From NCBI RefSeq assembly GCF_009914755.1, contig NC_060935.1: a stretch of DNA of 64,000 nt. One strand, given 5' to 3'. The DNA comes from the human T2T-CHM13v2.0 reference genome, Homo sapiens. Each line of letters starts with the position of its first letter. Within the stretch, counting starts at the first letter, position 1. The notes under the pieces were generated by a model. The model had not been told where the DNA came from. It worked only from the letters and a program-made list of their open reading frames with translations, and made no database searches. Of the stretch, positions 27,938-63,200 are shown one piece after another. A program made the position numbers and the translations under genes.

Positions 27938-28973
27938 GGGGTGGCAGCCAAGATGACCAAATAGGAAAAGTTCCAGTCTACAGCTCCCAGCATGAGTGAC
28001 GCAGAAGATGGGTGATTTCTGCATTTCCATCTGAGGTACTGGGTTTATCACACTAGGGAGTGCCAGACAGTGGGCGCAGGACAGTGGGTGCAGCGCACCG
28101 TGCATGAGCCAAAACAGGGAAAGGCATTGCCTCCCTCAGGAAGCACAAGGGGTCAGGGAGTTCCCTTTCCTACTCAAAGAAAGGGGTGACAGACGGCACC
28201 TGGAAAATCGGGTCACTCCCACCCTAATACTGCGCTTTTCTGACGGGCTTCAAAAATGGCGCACCAGGAGATTATATCCCGCACATGGCTCAGAGGGTCC
28301 TATGCCCACGGAGTGTCACTGATCACTAGCACAGCAGTCTGAGATGAAACTGCAAGGTAGCAGCGAGGCTTGGGGAGGGGCGCCCACCATTGCCCAGGCT
28401 TGCTTAGGTAAACAAAGCAGCTGGGAAGCATGAACTGGGTGGAGACTACCACTGCTCAAGGAGGCATGCCTGCCTCTGTAGGCTCTACCCCTGGGGGCAG
28501 GGCACAGACAAACAAAAAGACATCAGTAACCTCTGCAGACTTAAATGTCTCTGTCTGACAGCTTTGAAGAGAGCAGTGGTTCTCCCAGCATGCAGCTGGA
28601 GATCTGAGAATGGGCAGACTGCCTCCTCAAGTGGGTCCCTGACCCCTGACCCCCGAGCAGTCTAACTGGGAGGTACCACCCAGTAGGGGCAGACTGACAC
28701 CTCACAGGGCCAGGTACTCCTCTGAGACAAAACTTCCAGAGGAATGATCAGGCAGCAACAATCGCCGTTCACAAAAATCCGCTGTTCTGCAGCCACTGCT
28801 GCTGATACCCAGGAAAACAGGGTCTGGAGTGAACCTCTAGCAAACTCCAACAGACCTGCAGCTGAGGGTCCTGTCTGTTAGAAGGAAAACTAAAAAACAG
28901 AAAGGACATCCACACCAAAAACCCATCTGTACATCACCATCACCAAAGACCAAAAGTAGACAAAACCACAAAG
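27938..28973 (+). promoter_or_regulatory. L1 5'UTR internal sense/antisense promoter region (1036 nt, CpG-decayed)
   Basis: Lies between the element start and the ORF1 ATG at 28974; ~129 nt longer than the L1HS UTR; YY1 motif reads AAGATGACC instead of AAGATGGCC. Confidence 0.88.
28316..28390 (-). pseudogene. L1 ORF0 remnant, truncated at codon 25
   Basis: Manual translation MVGAPPQASLLPCSFISDCCASDQ* matches the ORF0 N-terminus (MAGAPPPASLPPCSLISDCCASNQR); CGA>TGA stop. Confidence 0.8.
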
Positions 28974-29997
28974 ATGGGGAAAAAACAGAGCAGAAAAACT
29001 GGAAATTCTAAAAAGCAGAGTGCCTCTCCTCCTCCAAAGGAATGGAACTCTCCTCCTCCTCATCAGAAATGGAACAAAGCTGGATGGAGAATGACATTGA
29101 CGAGTTGAGAGAAGAAGGCTTCAGATGATCAAACTACTCCAAGCTACAGGAGGAATTTCAAACCAAAGGCAAAGAAGTTAAAAATTTGAAAAAAATGTAG
29201 TGGAATGTAAAACTAGAATAACCAATACTGACAGGTGCTTAAAGGAGCTGATGCAGCTGAAAGCCAAAGCACAAGAAATATGTGAAGAATGCAGAAGCCT
29301 CAAGAGCCGATGTGATCAACTGGAAGAAAGGGTAACAGTGATGGAAGATAAAATGAATAAAATGAAGCAAGAAGGGAAGTTTAGAGAAAAAAGAATAAAA
29401 ATAAATGAGCAAAGCCTCCAAGAAATATGGGACTATGTGAAAAAACCAAATCTACGTCTGATTGGTGTACCTGAAAGTGATGGGGAGAATGGAAACAAGT
29501 TGGAAAACACCCTGCACGATATTATCCCAGAGAACTTCCTCAATCTAGAAAGACAGGCCAACATTCACATTCAGGAAATACAGAGAATGCCAAAAAGTTA
29601 CTCCTCGAGAAGAGCAACTCCAAGAAACATAATTGTCAGATTCCCCAAAGTGGAAATGAAGGAAAAAATGTTAAGGGCAGCCAGAGAGAAAGGTTGGGTT
29701 ATCCACAAAGGGAATACCATCAAACAAACAGCGGATCTCTCAGCAGAAACACTACACACCAGAAGAGAGTGGGGGCCAATATTCAACATTCTTAAAGAAA
29801 AGAATTTTCAACCCAGAATTTCATATCGAGCCAAACTAAGCTTCATTAGTGAAGGAGAAATAAAATACTTTACAGACAAGCAAATGCTGAGAGATTTTGT
29901 CACCACCAGGCCTGCCCTAAAAGAGCTCCTGAAGGAAGCACTAAACATGGAAAGGAAAAACCAGTACCAGCCACTGAAAAATCATGCCAAATTGTAA
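28974..29997 (+). pseudogene. L1 ORF1p (RNA-binding chaperone), disrupted in the N-terminal part
   Basis: ATGGGGAAAAAACAGAGC start; ORF track 29200-29997 has ORF1p motifs (EIWDYVKKPNLRLIGVPE, RAAREKG); indel near 29048-29060 and stops upstream of 29200. Confidence 0.95.
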
Positions 29998-30060
29998 AGA
30001 CCATCGAGGATAGGAAGAAATTGCATCACCTAATGAGCAAAATAACCAGCTAACATATTA

Positions 30061-33884
<3,824 letters not shown>

Positions 33885-34119
33885 ACAATGTGAACACAAG
33901 GACACAGGAAGGGGAACATCACACTCTTGGGACTGTTGTGGGGTGGGGGGAAGGGGGGAGGGATAGAATTAGGAGATATACCTAATGCTAAATGATGAGT
34001 TAATTGGTGCAGCACACCAGAGTGGCACATGTATACATATGCAACTAACCAGCACATTGTGCACATGTACCCTTAAACTTAAAGTATAATAATAATAAAA
34101 TAAAATAAAATAAAATAAA

Positions 34120-37100
34120 GAAAAGAAAGATTTAACTGTGCGAGTTGAATGCACACATTACAAAACGGTTTCTTACATAGTTTTGTTCTAGTTATTATCA
34201 AGGGATATTCACTTTTTCACCTGTGGCATCAATTATCTATAAAATATCCCATGGTAGATTCTCCAAAAACAGTGTTTCCAAGCTGCTGATTCAAAAGAAA
34301 GTTTTAACTTTGTGAGATGAGTGTACACATCACAACGTAGTTTCTCAGAAAGCTTCTTTCTAGTTTTTATCTGAAGATATTTCCTTTCTCACCATATGCC
34401 GCTATGCGATCCCACAAATCCCTTCACAGATTCTACCAAAACGGTGTTTCCAAACTGCTGAATGAAAAGAATTGTTTAAGTTAGCGAGGTGAATGCACAC
34501 ATAACAAAGCAGTTTTGCAGATAACTTCCTTCTAGTTTTTGTCCTGGGATATTCCCTTTTTTGCCATTGCCCTGAATGAGCTCCCAAATATCCATTCGCA
34601 GAATGGACAAAAACAGTGTTTGCAAACTATTGAATCTAAAGAAATGTTTAAGCTGTGAGATGACTGCACACATCAAAAAGCAGTTTCTCAGAAAGCTTCT
34701 AGTTTTTATCTGAAGATATTTCCTTTTTCACCATAGGCCTCATGTAGTTCCAAATATCCCTTCGCAGATTTTTCACACACGTTTTTTCCAAACTGCTGAA
34801 AGAAAAGAAAGTTTTAGTTCTGCGAAATGAATGCACACATCACAAAGCAGTTTCTCAGATAGCTTCCTTTTAGTTTTTATCCTAGGATATTCGCTTTTAG
34901 CCTCAATGAGCTCCCAAATACCCCTTTGCAGTTTCTACAAAACAATGTTTCCAAACTGCTGAATCCAAAGAAAGGTTTAACTCGGTGAGATGAATACAAA
35001 CATCATAAAGCCATTTCTCAGGAGGCTTCTTTAGAGTTTTTATGAAAAAATGTTTCCTTTTTCACCCTAGGCTTCAATGCGCTCCCAAATATCCCTTCAC
35101 AGATTCTACCAAAACTATGCTTCCAAACTGCTGAATGAAAAGAAAGGTTTCAATCTGTGAGATGAAAGCATACATCACAAAGTGGTTTCTCAGATAACTT
35201 CCTTCTAGTTTTTATCCTGGGATGTTCACTTTATCATCCTTGGACTCAATGAGCTCCAAAATATCCCTTTGCAGATTCTACAAAAACAATGTTTCCAAAC
35301 TGCTGAATCTAAGGAATGATATATCTCTGTGAGTTGAATGCACACATCACGAAGCAGTTTCTCAGAAAACTTCCTTCTACTTCTTATGTGAAGGTATTTC
35401 CTTTTTCACCATAGGCCTCAATGTGATTCCCAATATCTCATCGCAGATTCTACAAACACAGCGTTTCTAAACTATTGAAAGAAAAGAAAGATTTCAATTT
35501 GTGAAATGAATGTACACATCACATAGCAGTTTCTGAGCTACCTTCTTTCTAGTTTGTATCCTGGGATATTCGATTTTTCGCATTTGGCCTCAATGAGCTC
35601 CCAAATATCCTTTTGCGTGTTCTATAAAAACAGAGTTTCAAAACTGCTTAACCCAAAGAAAGGTCTAACTCAGTGAGACGAATCACAAAGCAGTTTCTCA
35701 GAAAGATTCTTCTTAGTTTTTATCTGAAGATACTTCATTTTTCACCGTAGGCCTCAATGGGCTCCCTATTATCACATCGCAGATTTTACCACAAGTGTGT
35801 TTCCAAACTGCTGAATGAAAATAAAGTTTTAACTCTGTGAGATGAATGCATACATCACACAGCGGTTTGTCAGATAGCTTCCTTCTAGTTTTTGTCCTGG
35901 ATATTTGCATTTTTGCCATTGGCCTCTATGAGCTCCTAAAGGTCCATTTGTAGAATGGACAAAAAGACTGTTTCAAGACAGTTGAAACCAAAGAAGGGTT
36001 TAACTCTGTGACATGAATGCACACATTAAAAGCAGTTTCTCAGAAAGCTTCTTTCCAGTTATTATCTGAAGATATTTCCTTTTTCACCATAGGCCTCAAT
36101 GCACTCCCAAATATCCCTTTGTGCTTTCTATCAAAACAGTATATCCAAGCTGCTGAATTAAAAGAACGGTTTAATTCTGTGAGATGAGTGCACACATCAC
36201 AAAGCAGTTTCGCAGAGAGCTTCCTTCTAGTTTTTATCCTGGAATGTTCACTTTTGCTCCATTGTCCTCAATAAGCTCCCAAATGTCCATTCACAGAATG
36301 TACAAAACAGTGTTTCCTAACTACTAAATCCAAAGAAAGGTCGACCTCTGAGAGATGAATGCAGACATCACAAAGCAGTTTCTCAGAAAGCTTCTCTCTA
36401 GTTTTTACCTGAAGTTATTTCCTTTTTCACTGTAGGCCACAATGTACTCCGTAATATTCTTGCACTGATTCTACAAAATCAGTGTTTCCAAACTGCTGAG
36501 AAAGGGATGTTTTAGCTCTGTGAGATGACTGCACACATCACAAAATGATTTCTTATATAGCTTCCTTCCAGTTTTTATCATGGATATTCGCTTTTTCAAC
36601 TTGGGCCTCAATGAGTTCCCAAATATCCCTTCGCAGATTATACAAAAACCTTGTTTCCAATCTGCTGAATCCAAAGGAAGGTTGAACTCTGTGAGATGAA
36701 TGCACACATCACAATGCAGTTTCTCAGAAAGCTTCTTTGGAGTTTTTATCTGAAGATAATTCCTTTTTAACCCCAGGCCTCAATGCACTCCCAAATATGT
36801 CTTTGCAGATTTTACCAAAACAGTGTTTCCAAACTGCTAAATGAAAAGAAAGTTTTAACTCTGCAAAATTAATGCAAACATTGCAAAGTGGTTTGTCAGA
36901 TAGCTTCCTTGAAGTTTTTATCCTGGGATATTTGCTTTTTCACCATTGGCCTCAATGAGCTCCCAAATATCCCTTTGCTGATTATACAAAAACAGTGTTT
37001 ACAAACTGCTGTATCGAAGGAAAGTTTTAAATCTGTGAGATGAATGAACACATCACAAAGCAGTTTCTCAGAAAGCTGCTTTTAGTTTTAATCTGAAGTT

Positions 37101-37315
37101 ATTTCTTTTTTCACCATGGGCCTCAATGCACACCCAAATATCCCTTTGCATATATTACAAAAACATTGTTTCCAAATTGCTGAGTGAAAAGAAAGGTTTA
37201 TCTCTGTGAGATGAATGCACACATCACAAAGCGGTTTCTCAGATAGCTTCCTTCTAGTTTTTATCCTGGTATATTGTCTTTATCACCTTTGGCCTCAATG
37301 AGCACTCAAATATCT
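34120..37315 (-). repeat. Alpha satellite, reverse block (continuation)
   Basis: Monomer phase resumes exactly after the L1 3' TSD. Confidence 0.97.
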
Positions 37316-55228
<17,913 letters not shown>

Positions 55229-55452
55229 ACAATGAGATCACATGGACACAGGAAGGGGAACATCACACTCTGGGGACTGTTGTGGGATTGGGGGAGGGGG
55301 GAGGGGTAGCAATGGGAGATATACCTAATGCTAGATGACAAGTTAGTGGGTGCAGCGCACCAATGTGGCACATGTATACATATGTAACTAACCTGTACAA
55401 TGTGCACATGTACCCTAAACTTAAAGTATAATAATAAAAGAAAAAAAAAAGA

Positions 55453-58400
55453 AAAAAATGAATATCACAGGATGAAAACTTAAAGGAAGTTATTTGAGAA
55501 ACCAATTCGTGATGTATGGATTCATCTCACAGAGTTAAACCTTCCTTTTCATTCAGCAGTTTGGAAACACTGATTCTTAGAACCTGCAAAGGGATATTTT
55601 TTAGCACATTGAGGACTTTGGTGAAAAAGGATATATCTTCAGAAAAAAAACTCGAAAGAAGCTTTCTGAGAAACTGCTTTGTGATAAGTTCATTCATCCC
55701 ACAAAGTTAAAACTTTCTTTGGATTCAGCATTTTGGAAACCCTGTTTCTGTCGATTCTGTGAATCGTCATTTGGGAGCTCATTGTGGCCGATGGGGAAAA
55801 AGTGAAAATCACATTATAAACACTAGAAGGAAGTTACCTGAGAAACAAATTCGTGATGTGTGCATTCATCTCAGAGAGTTAAAATTCTTTGGATTCAACA
55901 GTTTGGAAACCCTGCTTGTGCCAATTCTGTGAATGGACGTTTGGGAGCTGTTTGAGGCCAATGGTCAAAAAGTGAATATCCCAGTATTAAAACTAGAAGG
56001 AAGATATCTGAGAAATGGCCTTGTGATGTGTGCATTCATCTCCCAGAGTTAAAGATTTCTCTTCATTCAGCAGTTTGGAAACACTGAATTCTTAGAATCT
56101 GTGAAGAGATATTTGGAAGCACATTGAGGCCAATGGTGAAAAAGGAAATATCTTCAAATAAAAACTAGCAAGAAATTTTCTCAGAAACTGCTTTGTGATG
56201 TGTTCATTCATCTCACAGAGTTAAACTTTTATTTGGATTCAGCAGTTTGGAAATACTGCTTTTGTCCATCTGCTAATGGATATTTGGGAGCTCACTGAAT
56301 CTAATGGCAAAATGATGAAACTCCCAGGATAAAAACTTGAAGGAACTGATCTCAGAAACCGATTAGTGATGTGGGCACTCATCTCACAGAGGTAGGTCTT
56401 TCTTTTCATTCATCTCTTTAGAAACACTGTTGTCTTTGAATCTGCCAAGAGATATTTTGTAGTGAATGGAGGCCCATGTTGAAAAAGGAAATACCTTCAG
56501 ATAAAAACTAGCAAGAAGCTTTGTGAGAAACCCCTTTGTGATGTGTTCATTCATCTTACAGAGTTAAACTTTTCCTTGGTTTCAGCAGTTTGGAAATACT
56601 GCTTTTGTCCATTCTAGTAATGGATATTTTGGAGCTCACTAAATCCAATGGTGAAATAGCAAATCTCCCAGGATAAAAAATTTGAAGGAATTGATCTCAG
56701 GAACCATTTAGTGATGTGTGCATTCATCTCACAGAGTTGTCTTTCTTTTCATTCAGCTGTTTAGAAACACTGTTGTCTTAGTATCTGCCAAGAGATATTT
56801 GGTAGCTCATGGAGGCCCATGGTGAAAAAGGAAATATCTTCAGATAAAAACTAGAAACAAGCTAAAAGAGAAACTTGTTCCAGATGTGTGCATTCATCTC
56901 AGAGAGTTATATCTGTCTTTGTATTCAGCAGTTTGGAAACAGAGTTTTGGTCCATTCTTGGAATATTCATTGGGGAAATCATGGAGGCCAATGGTGAAAA
57001 AGCGAGTATCCCAGGACCAAAACTACAAGGAGATTATTTGAGAAACCAGTTCGTGATGGGTGCATTCATCTCACAGAATTAAACCTTTCTTTGCATTCAG
57101 CGGTGTGGAGACACTCTGTCTGTTGATCCTGTGATAGGATATTTGGGAACTCATTGAAGCCAATGGCAAAAAAGTGAATATCCCAGGAGAAAAACTAGAA
57201 GGAAGTTACATGAGAAACTTCTTAGTGATGTGTGCATTCATCTAGCAGAGGTAAACCTTTCTTTTCTTTCAGCAGTTTGGAAAAACTGTGTTTGTAGAAA
57301 CTGCAATAGGATATTTGGCAGTGCCTTGAGGCCTAAGGTGAAAAAGGAAATATCTTCACATAAAAACTAGGAAGAAACTTTCTGAGAAACTGCTTTCTGA
57401 AGTGTTTTTCATCTCACAGAGATAAACATTTCTTTGGATTCAGCAGTTTGGAAATGCTGTTTGTGTTCATTTTGCCAATGGACATTTTGGAGCACATTGA
57501 GGCCAAAAGTGAAAAAGAGAATATCCCAGGATAAAAACTTGAAAGAATTTATCTGAGAAAGTGAGTCACGTTGTGTGCATTCAGCTCACAGAGTTAAACC
57601 CTTCTTTTCATTCAGCAGTTTAGAAACACTGTTTTCTTAGAATCTGCCAAGAGACATCTGGAAGACTATGGAGATCAATGGTGAAAAAGGAAATATCTTC
57701 CGATAAATACTTGAGGGGCTTAATGATAAACTCGTTTCACACGTGTGCATTCATCTCAGAGAGTTCAACCTGTCTTTTGTTTCAGCAGTTTGGAAACACA
57801 GTTTTTGTACATTCTTGGAAGGGACATTTGAGACCTCATTGAGGCCAATGGAGAAAAAGCGAATATTGTAGGATGAAAACTAGAAGGAAGTTATCTGAGA
57901 CACCAATTCATAATGTGTGCATTCATCTCACAGAGTTAAACCTTTCTTTTCATTCAGCAGTTTGGTAACACTGTTTTCATATAATCTGCAAAGAGACATT
58001 TTTTAGCGCATTGAGGCCTATGGTGAAAAAGGATATAGCTTCAGATAAAAACTTGAAAGAAGCTTTCTGAGAAACTGCTTTGTGATATGTTCATTCATCT
58101 GACAAAGTTAAACCTTTCTTTAGATTCAGCAGTTTGGAAACCCTGTTTCTGTCGATTCTGTGAATGGACATTTGGGACCTCATTGAGGCTGATGGGGTAA
58201 AAGCGAATATCCCAGGATAAAAACTAGAAGGAAGTTACATAAGAAACCAATTCATGATGTGTGCATTCATCTCAGACAGTTAAACCTTTCTTTGGATTCA
58301 GAAGTTTGGAAACCCTGTTTGTGTCCATTCTGTGAATGCACGTTTGGGAGCTCACTGAAACCAATGGTGGAAAAGCAAATATCCCAGTTTTAAAACTAGA

Positions 58401-58950
58401 AGGAAGCTATCTGAGAAACGGCTTTGTGATGTGTGCATTCATCTCACAGAGTTAAACTTTTCTTTTCATTCAGCAGTTTGGAAACACAGATCACTTAGGA
58501 TCTACGAAGAGATATTTGGTAGTTCATTGAGGCCCCTGGTGAAAAAGGAAATATCTTCAGATAAAAACTACCAAGAAGCTTTATGAGAAACTAATAAGGT
58601 GATGTGTTCATTCATCTGACAAAGTTAAGGCCAATGGAAAAAAGGAAATATTGCAGGAAAAAACTTGATGAAAATTATCTAAGAAACCAATTCACGATGT
58701 GTGCATTCATCTCACAGAGATAAACTTATCTTTTCATTCAGCAGTTTGGCAATGCTGTTTCTCTCGATCCTGTGAATGGACATTTGGGAGCTCATTGTAG
58801 CCAATGAAATAAAAGTGAATATCCAAGGATAAAACTAGAAGCAAGTTATCTGAGAAAGTTCTTAGTGATGTGTGCATTCATCTAGCAGAGTTAAGCCCTT
58901 CTTTTCATTCAGCAGTTTGGAAAGAGTTTCTTCTTAGGATCTGCGAAGAG
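55453..58950 (+). repeat. Alpha satellite, forward block (continuation)
   Basis: Phase resumes after the TSD; same sub-lineage diagnostics as 44.3-52 kb. Confidence 0.97.
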
Positions 58951-60250
58951 GTTCTCAAGCATTCCCAAATATCCATTTGCAGATTCTATAAAAGATGGTA
59001 TCCAAACTGCTCAATCAAAAGAATGGCTCAACTCTGTGAGAGGAATGCACACATCACTAAGAACTTTCTCAGAAAGCTTCTGTCTAGTTTTTATGTGAAC
59101 ATATTTCGTTTTCACCATATGCCTAAAAGTGCATGAAAATATCCTTTTGCACATTCTACACAAAGGTTGTTTCCAAACAGCTCAAACAAAAGAATGCTTC
59201 AACTCTGTGTAATGAGTGCACACCACGCAAAGAAGCTTCTCAGAAACCTTCTGTCTAGTTTTTACGTGAAGATATTTCCTTTTTCATCGTAGGACTCATA
59301 ATGATCCCAAATATCCCTTTGCTGATTCTACGAAAAGATGGTTGTCAAACTGCTCAATCAAAACAATGTTTCTACTCTGTGATATGTATGCACACATCAC
59401 AAATATGTTTCTCAGAAAGCTTCTGTCTAGATGTTGTATGAACATATTTCTTTTTTCACCATAGGCCTCAAAAGGCTCTGTAATATCCCTTAGCCAGTTC
59501 TAAAAAGGAGTGGTTCCAGACTTCTCAATGAAAAGAATGGCTCAACTCTGTGAAATGAATGCACATATCACAAAGCAGTTTCTCAGAAAGCTTCTCTCTA
59601 GTTTTTGTGAAGATATTTGCTTTTTGACCATAGACCTCAAAGCAGTCACAAATGTCCCTCCACATATTCTACAAAAAGACTCTTTCCAAACTGCTCAATC
59701 AAAAGAATGGTTCAACTCTGTGAGATGAATGCACACGTCCAAAGCAGTTTCTCACAAAGCTTCCTTCTAGTTTTTATGTGAAGATATTTCCTTTTTCTCC
59801 ACTGGCCTTTAACCATTCCCCAAATTCCTTTTGCTGATTCTATGAAAAGACTATTTCCAAACTGCTCAATCAAAAGAATGGTTCAACTCCGTGAGATGAA
59901 TGCACACATCAAAAAGAAGTTTCTCAGAAATCTTCTGTCTACTTTTTTGTGTGAAGATATTTCCTTTTTCACCATAGGCCTCAAAGTGCTCAAAATATCC
60001 CTTTGCAGATCTCACAAAAAGACTGTTTCCAAAATGCTCAATCAAAAGAATTTTTCACCTCTATGAGACGAATGCACACATCATATAGAGGTTTCTCAGA
60101 AAGCTTTTGTCTAGTTTTTATGTAAAGATATTTACTTCTTCACCATTGGCCTCAAAGGGCTCACAAATATCCCTTTGCAGATTCTAGAAGAACAGAGTTT
60201 CCAAACTGCTCAATGATAAGAAACATTTACCTCTGTGAGATGAATGCAAA
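58951..60250 (-). repeat. Alpha satellite, second family, reverse block
   Basis: Monomers read CTGCTCAATCAAAAG, CTTCTGTCTAG and TATGTGAAG, unlike upstream CTGCTGAAT, CTTTCTAG and TATCTGAAG. Confidence 0.95.
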
Positions 60251-63200
60251 GCTAAACAGAAGCTTTCTGAGAAACTTCTTTGTGATGTGTGCATTCACGT
60301 CACAGAGTTGAACAATCACATTGATTGAGCAGTTTGGAAACCATCTTTTGGTAGAATCTGCAAAGGGATATTTGTGAGCACTTTGAGTCCTATACTGATA
60401 AAGGAAATATCATCACATAAAAACTAGGAAAAATGTTTCTGAGATACTGCTTTGTGAGTTTGTATTCATCTCACAGAGATATACGTTTCTTTTCATTGAG
60501 CAGTTTGGAAAATCTGTTCTTGTAGAATCTGCAAAGGGATATTTCTGAGCGCTTTAAGGCCTATGGTGAAAAAGGAAATATCTTCACATAAAAACCAGAC
60601 AGAAGCTTCCTGAGAGACTGCTTTGTGATGTGTGCATTCATCTCAAAGAGTTAAATGTTTCTTTTCATTAAGCACTTTGGAAACTCTGTTCTTCCAGTAT
60701 GTGCAGACAGATATTTGTGAGCACTTCGATGCCTATGGTGAAAAAGGAAATATCGTCACATAAAAATTACACAGAAGCTTTCTGAGAAAGTTCTTTGTGA
60801 TGTCTGCATTCATCTCACAGTGTTGAAACATTCTTTCGATTGATCACTTTGGAAGGAGTCTTTTTGTAGAATCTGCAAAGGGATATTTTTGAGTCATTTG
60901 AGGCCTATGCTGAAAAAGGAAATATCTCCACATAAAAACTATCCAGAAGGTTTCTGAGAAACTCTGTAATGTGTGCCTTCATGTCAGAGTGGAAGGATTA
61001 TTTAGATTGAGCAGTGTGGAAACATTCTTTTTGTAGAATCTTCAAAGGGATATTTGTGAGCGCTTTGAGGCCTATGGTGAAAAAGAAATATCTTCACATA
61101 AAAACTAGACAGAATGTTTCTGAAAAACTGCTTTCTAGTGTGTGCTTTAATTTCACAGATTTGAACCATACAATGCTTTTGATTGAGCAGTTTGGAAACA
61201 GTCTTTTTGTAGAATCTGCAAAAGGATATATTTGAGGTGCACTTTGAGACCTATGGTGAAAATGGAAATATCTTCACATAAAAACCAGACAGAAGCTTTC
61301 TGAAAAACTGCCTTGTGATGTGTCCATTCACCTCACAGAAATAAACGTTTCTTTTCATTCAGCATTTTGGAGACTCTGTCCTTCTATAATCTATGAAAGG
61401 ATATTTCAGAAGACTTGGAGGCCTATGGTGAAAAAGGAAATATCTTCACATAAAAAGCAGACAGAAACTTTCTGAGAAAATTCTTTGTGATGTGTGCATT
61501 CATGTCAAAGAGTTGAAACATTCTTTTGATTGAGCAGCTTGGAAACAGTCTTTCTGTAGACTCTGCAAAGGGATATTCATAAGTGCTTTGAGGCCTTTGG
61601 TGAAAAAGGAAATATCTTCACATACAAACTAGACAGAAGCTTTTTGAGAAACTTCTTTGTGATGTGTGCATTCATCTCACAGAGTTGGACAATGTTTTTG
61701 ATTGAGCACTATGGAAACTGTTCTTGTAGAATCTTCAAAGGGATATTTGTGAGTGATTTGAGGCTGATGGTGGAAAAGGAAATATCTTCACATAAAAACT
61801 AGAAAGAAGCTTACTGAGAAACTGCTTTGTGTTGTGTACATTCATGTCAGAGAAGTAGACGTTTCCTTTCATTGAGCAGTTTGGAAACACTGTAATTCTA
61901 GAATCTGCAAAGGGACATTTGTGAGCTCTTTGAGGGCTGTGATGAAAAAGGAATAATCTTCTCATAAAAACCAGACAAAAATTTCTGAGAAACTTCTTTG
62001 TGATGTGTGCATTCATCCCACAGGTTTGAACCACACTTTTGATTGAGCAGTTTGGAAACATTCTTTTTGTGGTACCTGAAAAGGGATATTTGTGAGCCCC
62101 TTGAGGCCTATGGTAATAAAGGAAATATCTTCACATAAAACTAGCAAGGAGCTTTCTGAGAAGCTGCTTTGTGATGTGTGCATTCACCTCACAGAGGTAA
62201 ATGTTTCTTTGCATTGAGCAGATTGGAAACACTGTTCTTGTAGAATCTGCAAAGCGATATTTGTGAGTGTTTTGAGGCCTATGTTGAAAAAGGATATATC
62301 TGAACAAAAACTAGATGGCAGCTTTCTGAGAATCTTCTTCGTGATGTATGCACTCATCTCACAGAGTTGATCCAGTCCTTTGATTGAGCAGTTTGGAATC
62401 AGTCTTTTTGTAGAATCTGCAAAGGGATATTTGTGAGCCCTTTGAGGCCTACATTAAAAATGGAAATATCTTCACATAAAAAAGTAGACATAAGGTTTCT
62501 GAAAAACTGCTTTGTGATATGTGCATTCATCTCACAGAGGTAAATGTTTCTATTCATGGAGCAGATTGGAAAATCTGTTCTTGTAGAATCTGCAAAGGGA
62601 TATTTGTGAGTGCTTTGAGACCTCTGGTGAAAAAGGAAATATCTTCACATGAAAACTAGATAGAAGTTTTCTCAGAAATTTCTTTGTGATGTGTGTATTC
62701 ATCTCACGGATCTGAACGTTTCTTTTGATTGGGCTGTTTGGAAAAAGTCTTTTTGTAGAACCTGCAAGGGGATATTTGTGAGCAATTTTAGGCCTAGGGT
62801 GAAAAAGGAAATATCGTCACATAAAAACTAGACAGAAGCTTTCTGAGAAACTTCTTCGTGAAATGTGCATGCATTTCACAGAGTTGAACCTCACTTTTGA
62901 TTGAGCAGCTCAGAAACAGTCTTTTTGTAGAATCTGCAAATGGATATTTGTGACTGGTTTGAGGCCTATAGTGAAAAAGGAAGTATCTTCACATAAAAAC
63001 TAGACAGAAGCTTTCTGAGAATCTTCTTTGTGAACTGTGCATTCATCTCACAGAGTTGAACCTTTCTTTTGATTGAGCTCTTTGGAAACTTTTTTTTTAG
63101 AATCTGGAAAGGGATATTGCTGAGCCCTTTGAGGGCTATGGTGAAAAAGGAAATACCTTCACATAAAAACTAGAAAGAAGGTTTCTGAGAAACTGCTTTA

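Noticed and set aside
33936-33965. G-rich tract able to form a G-quadruplex (also ~55283-55306)
   Set aside because: Standard L1 3'UTR polypurine tract, not locus-specific.
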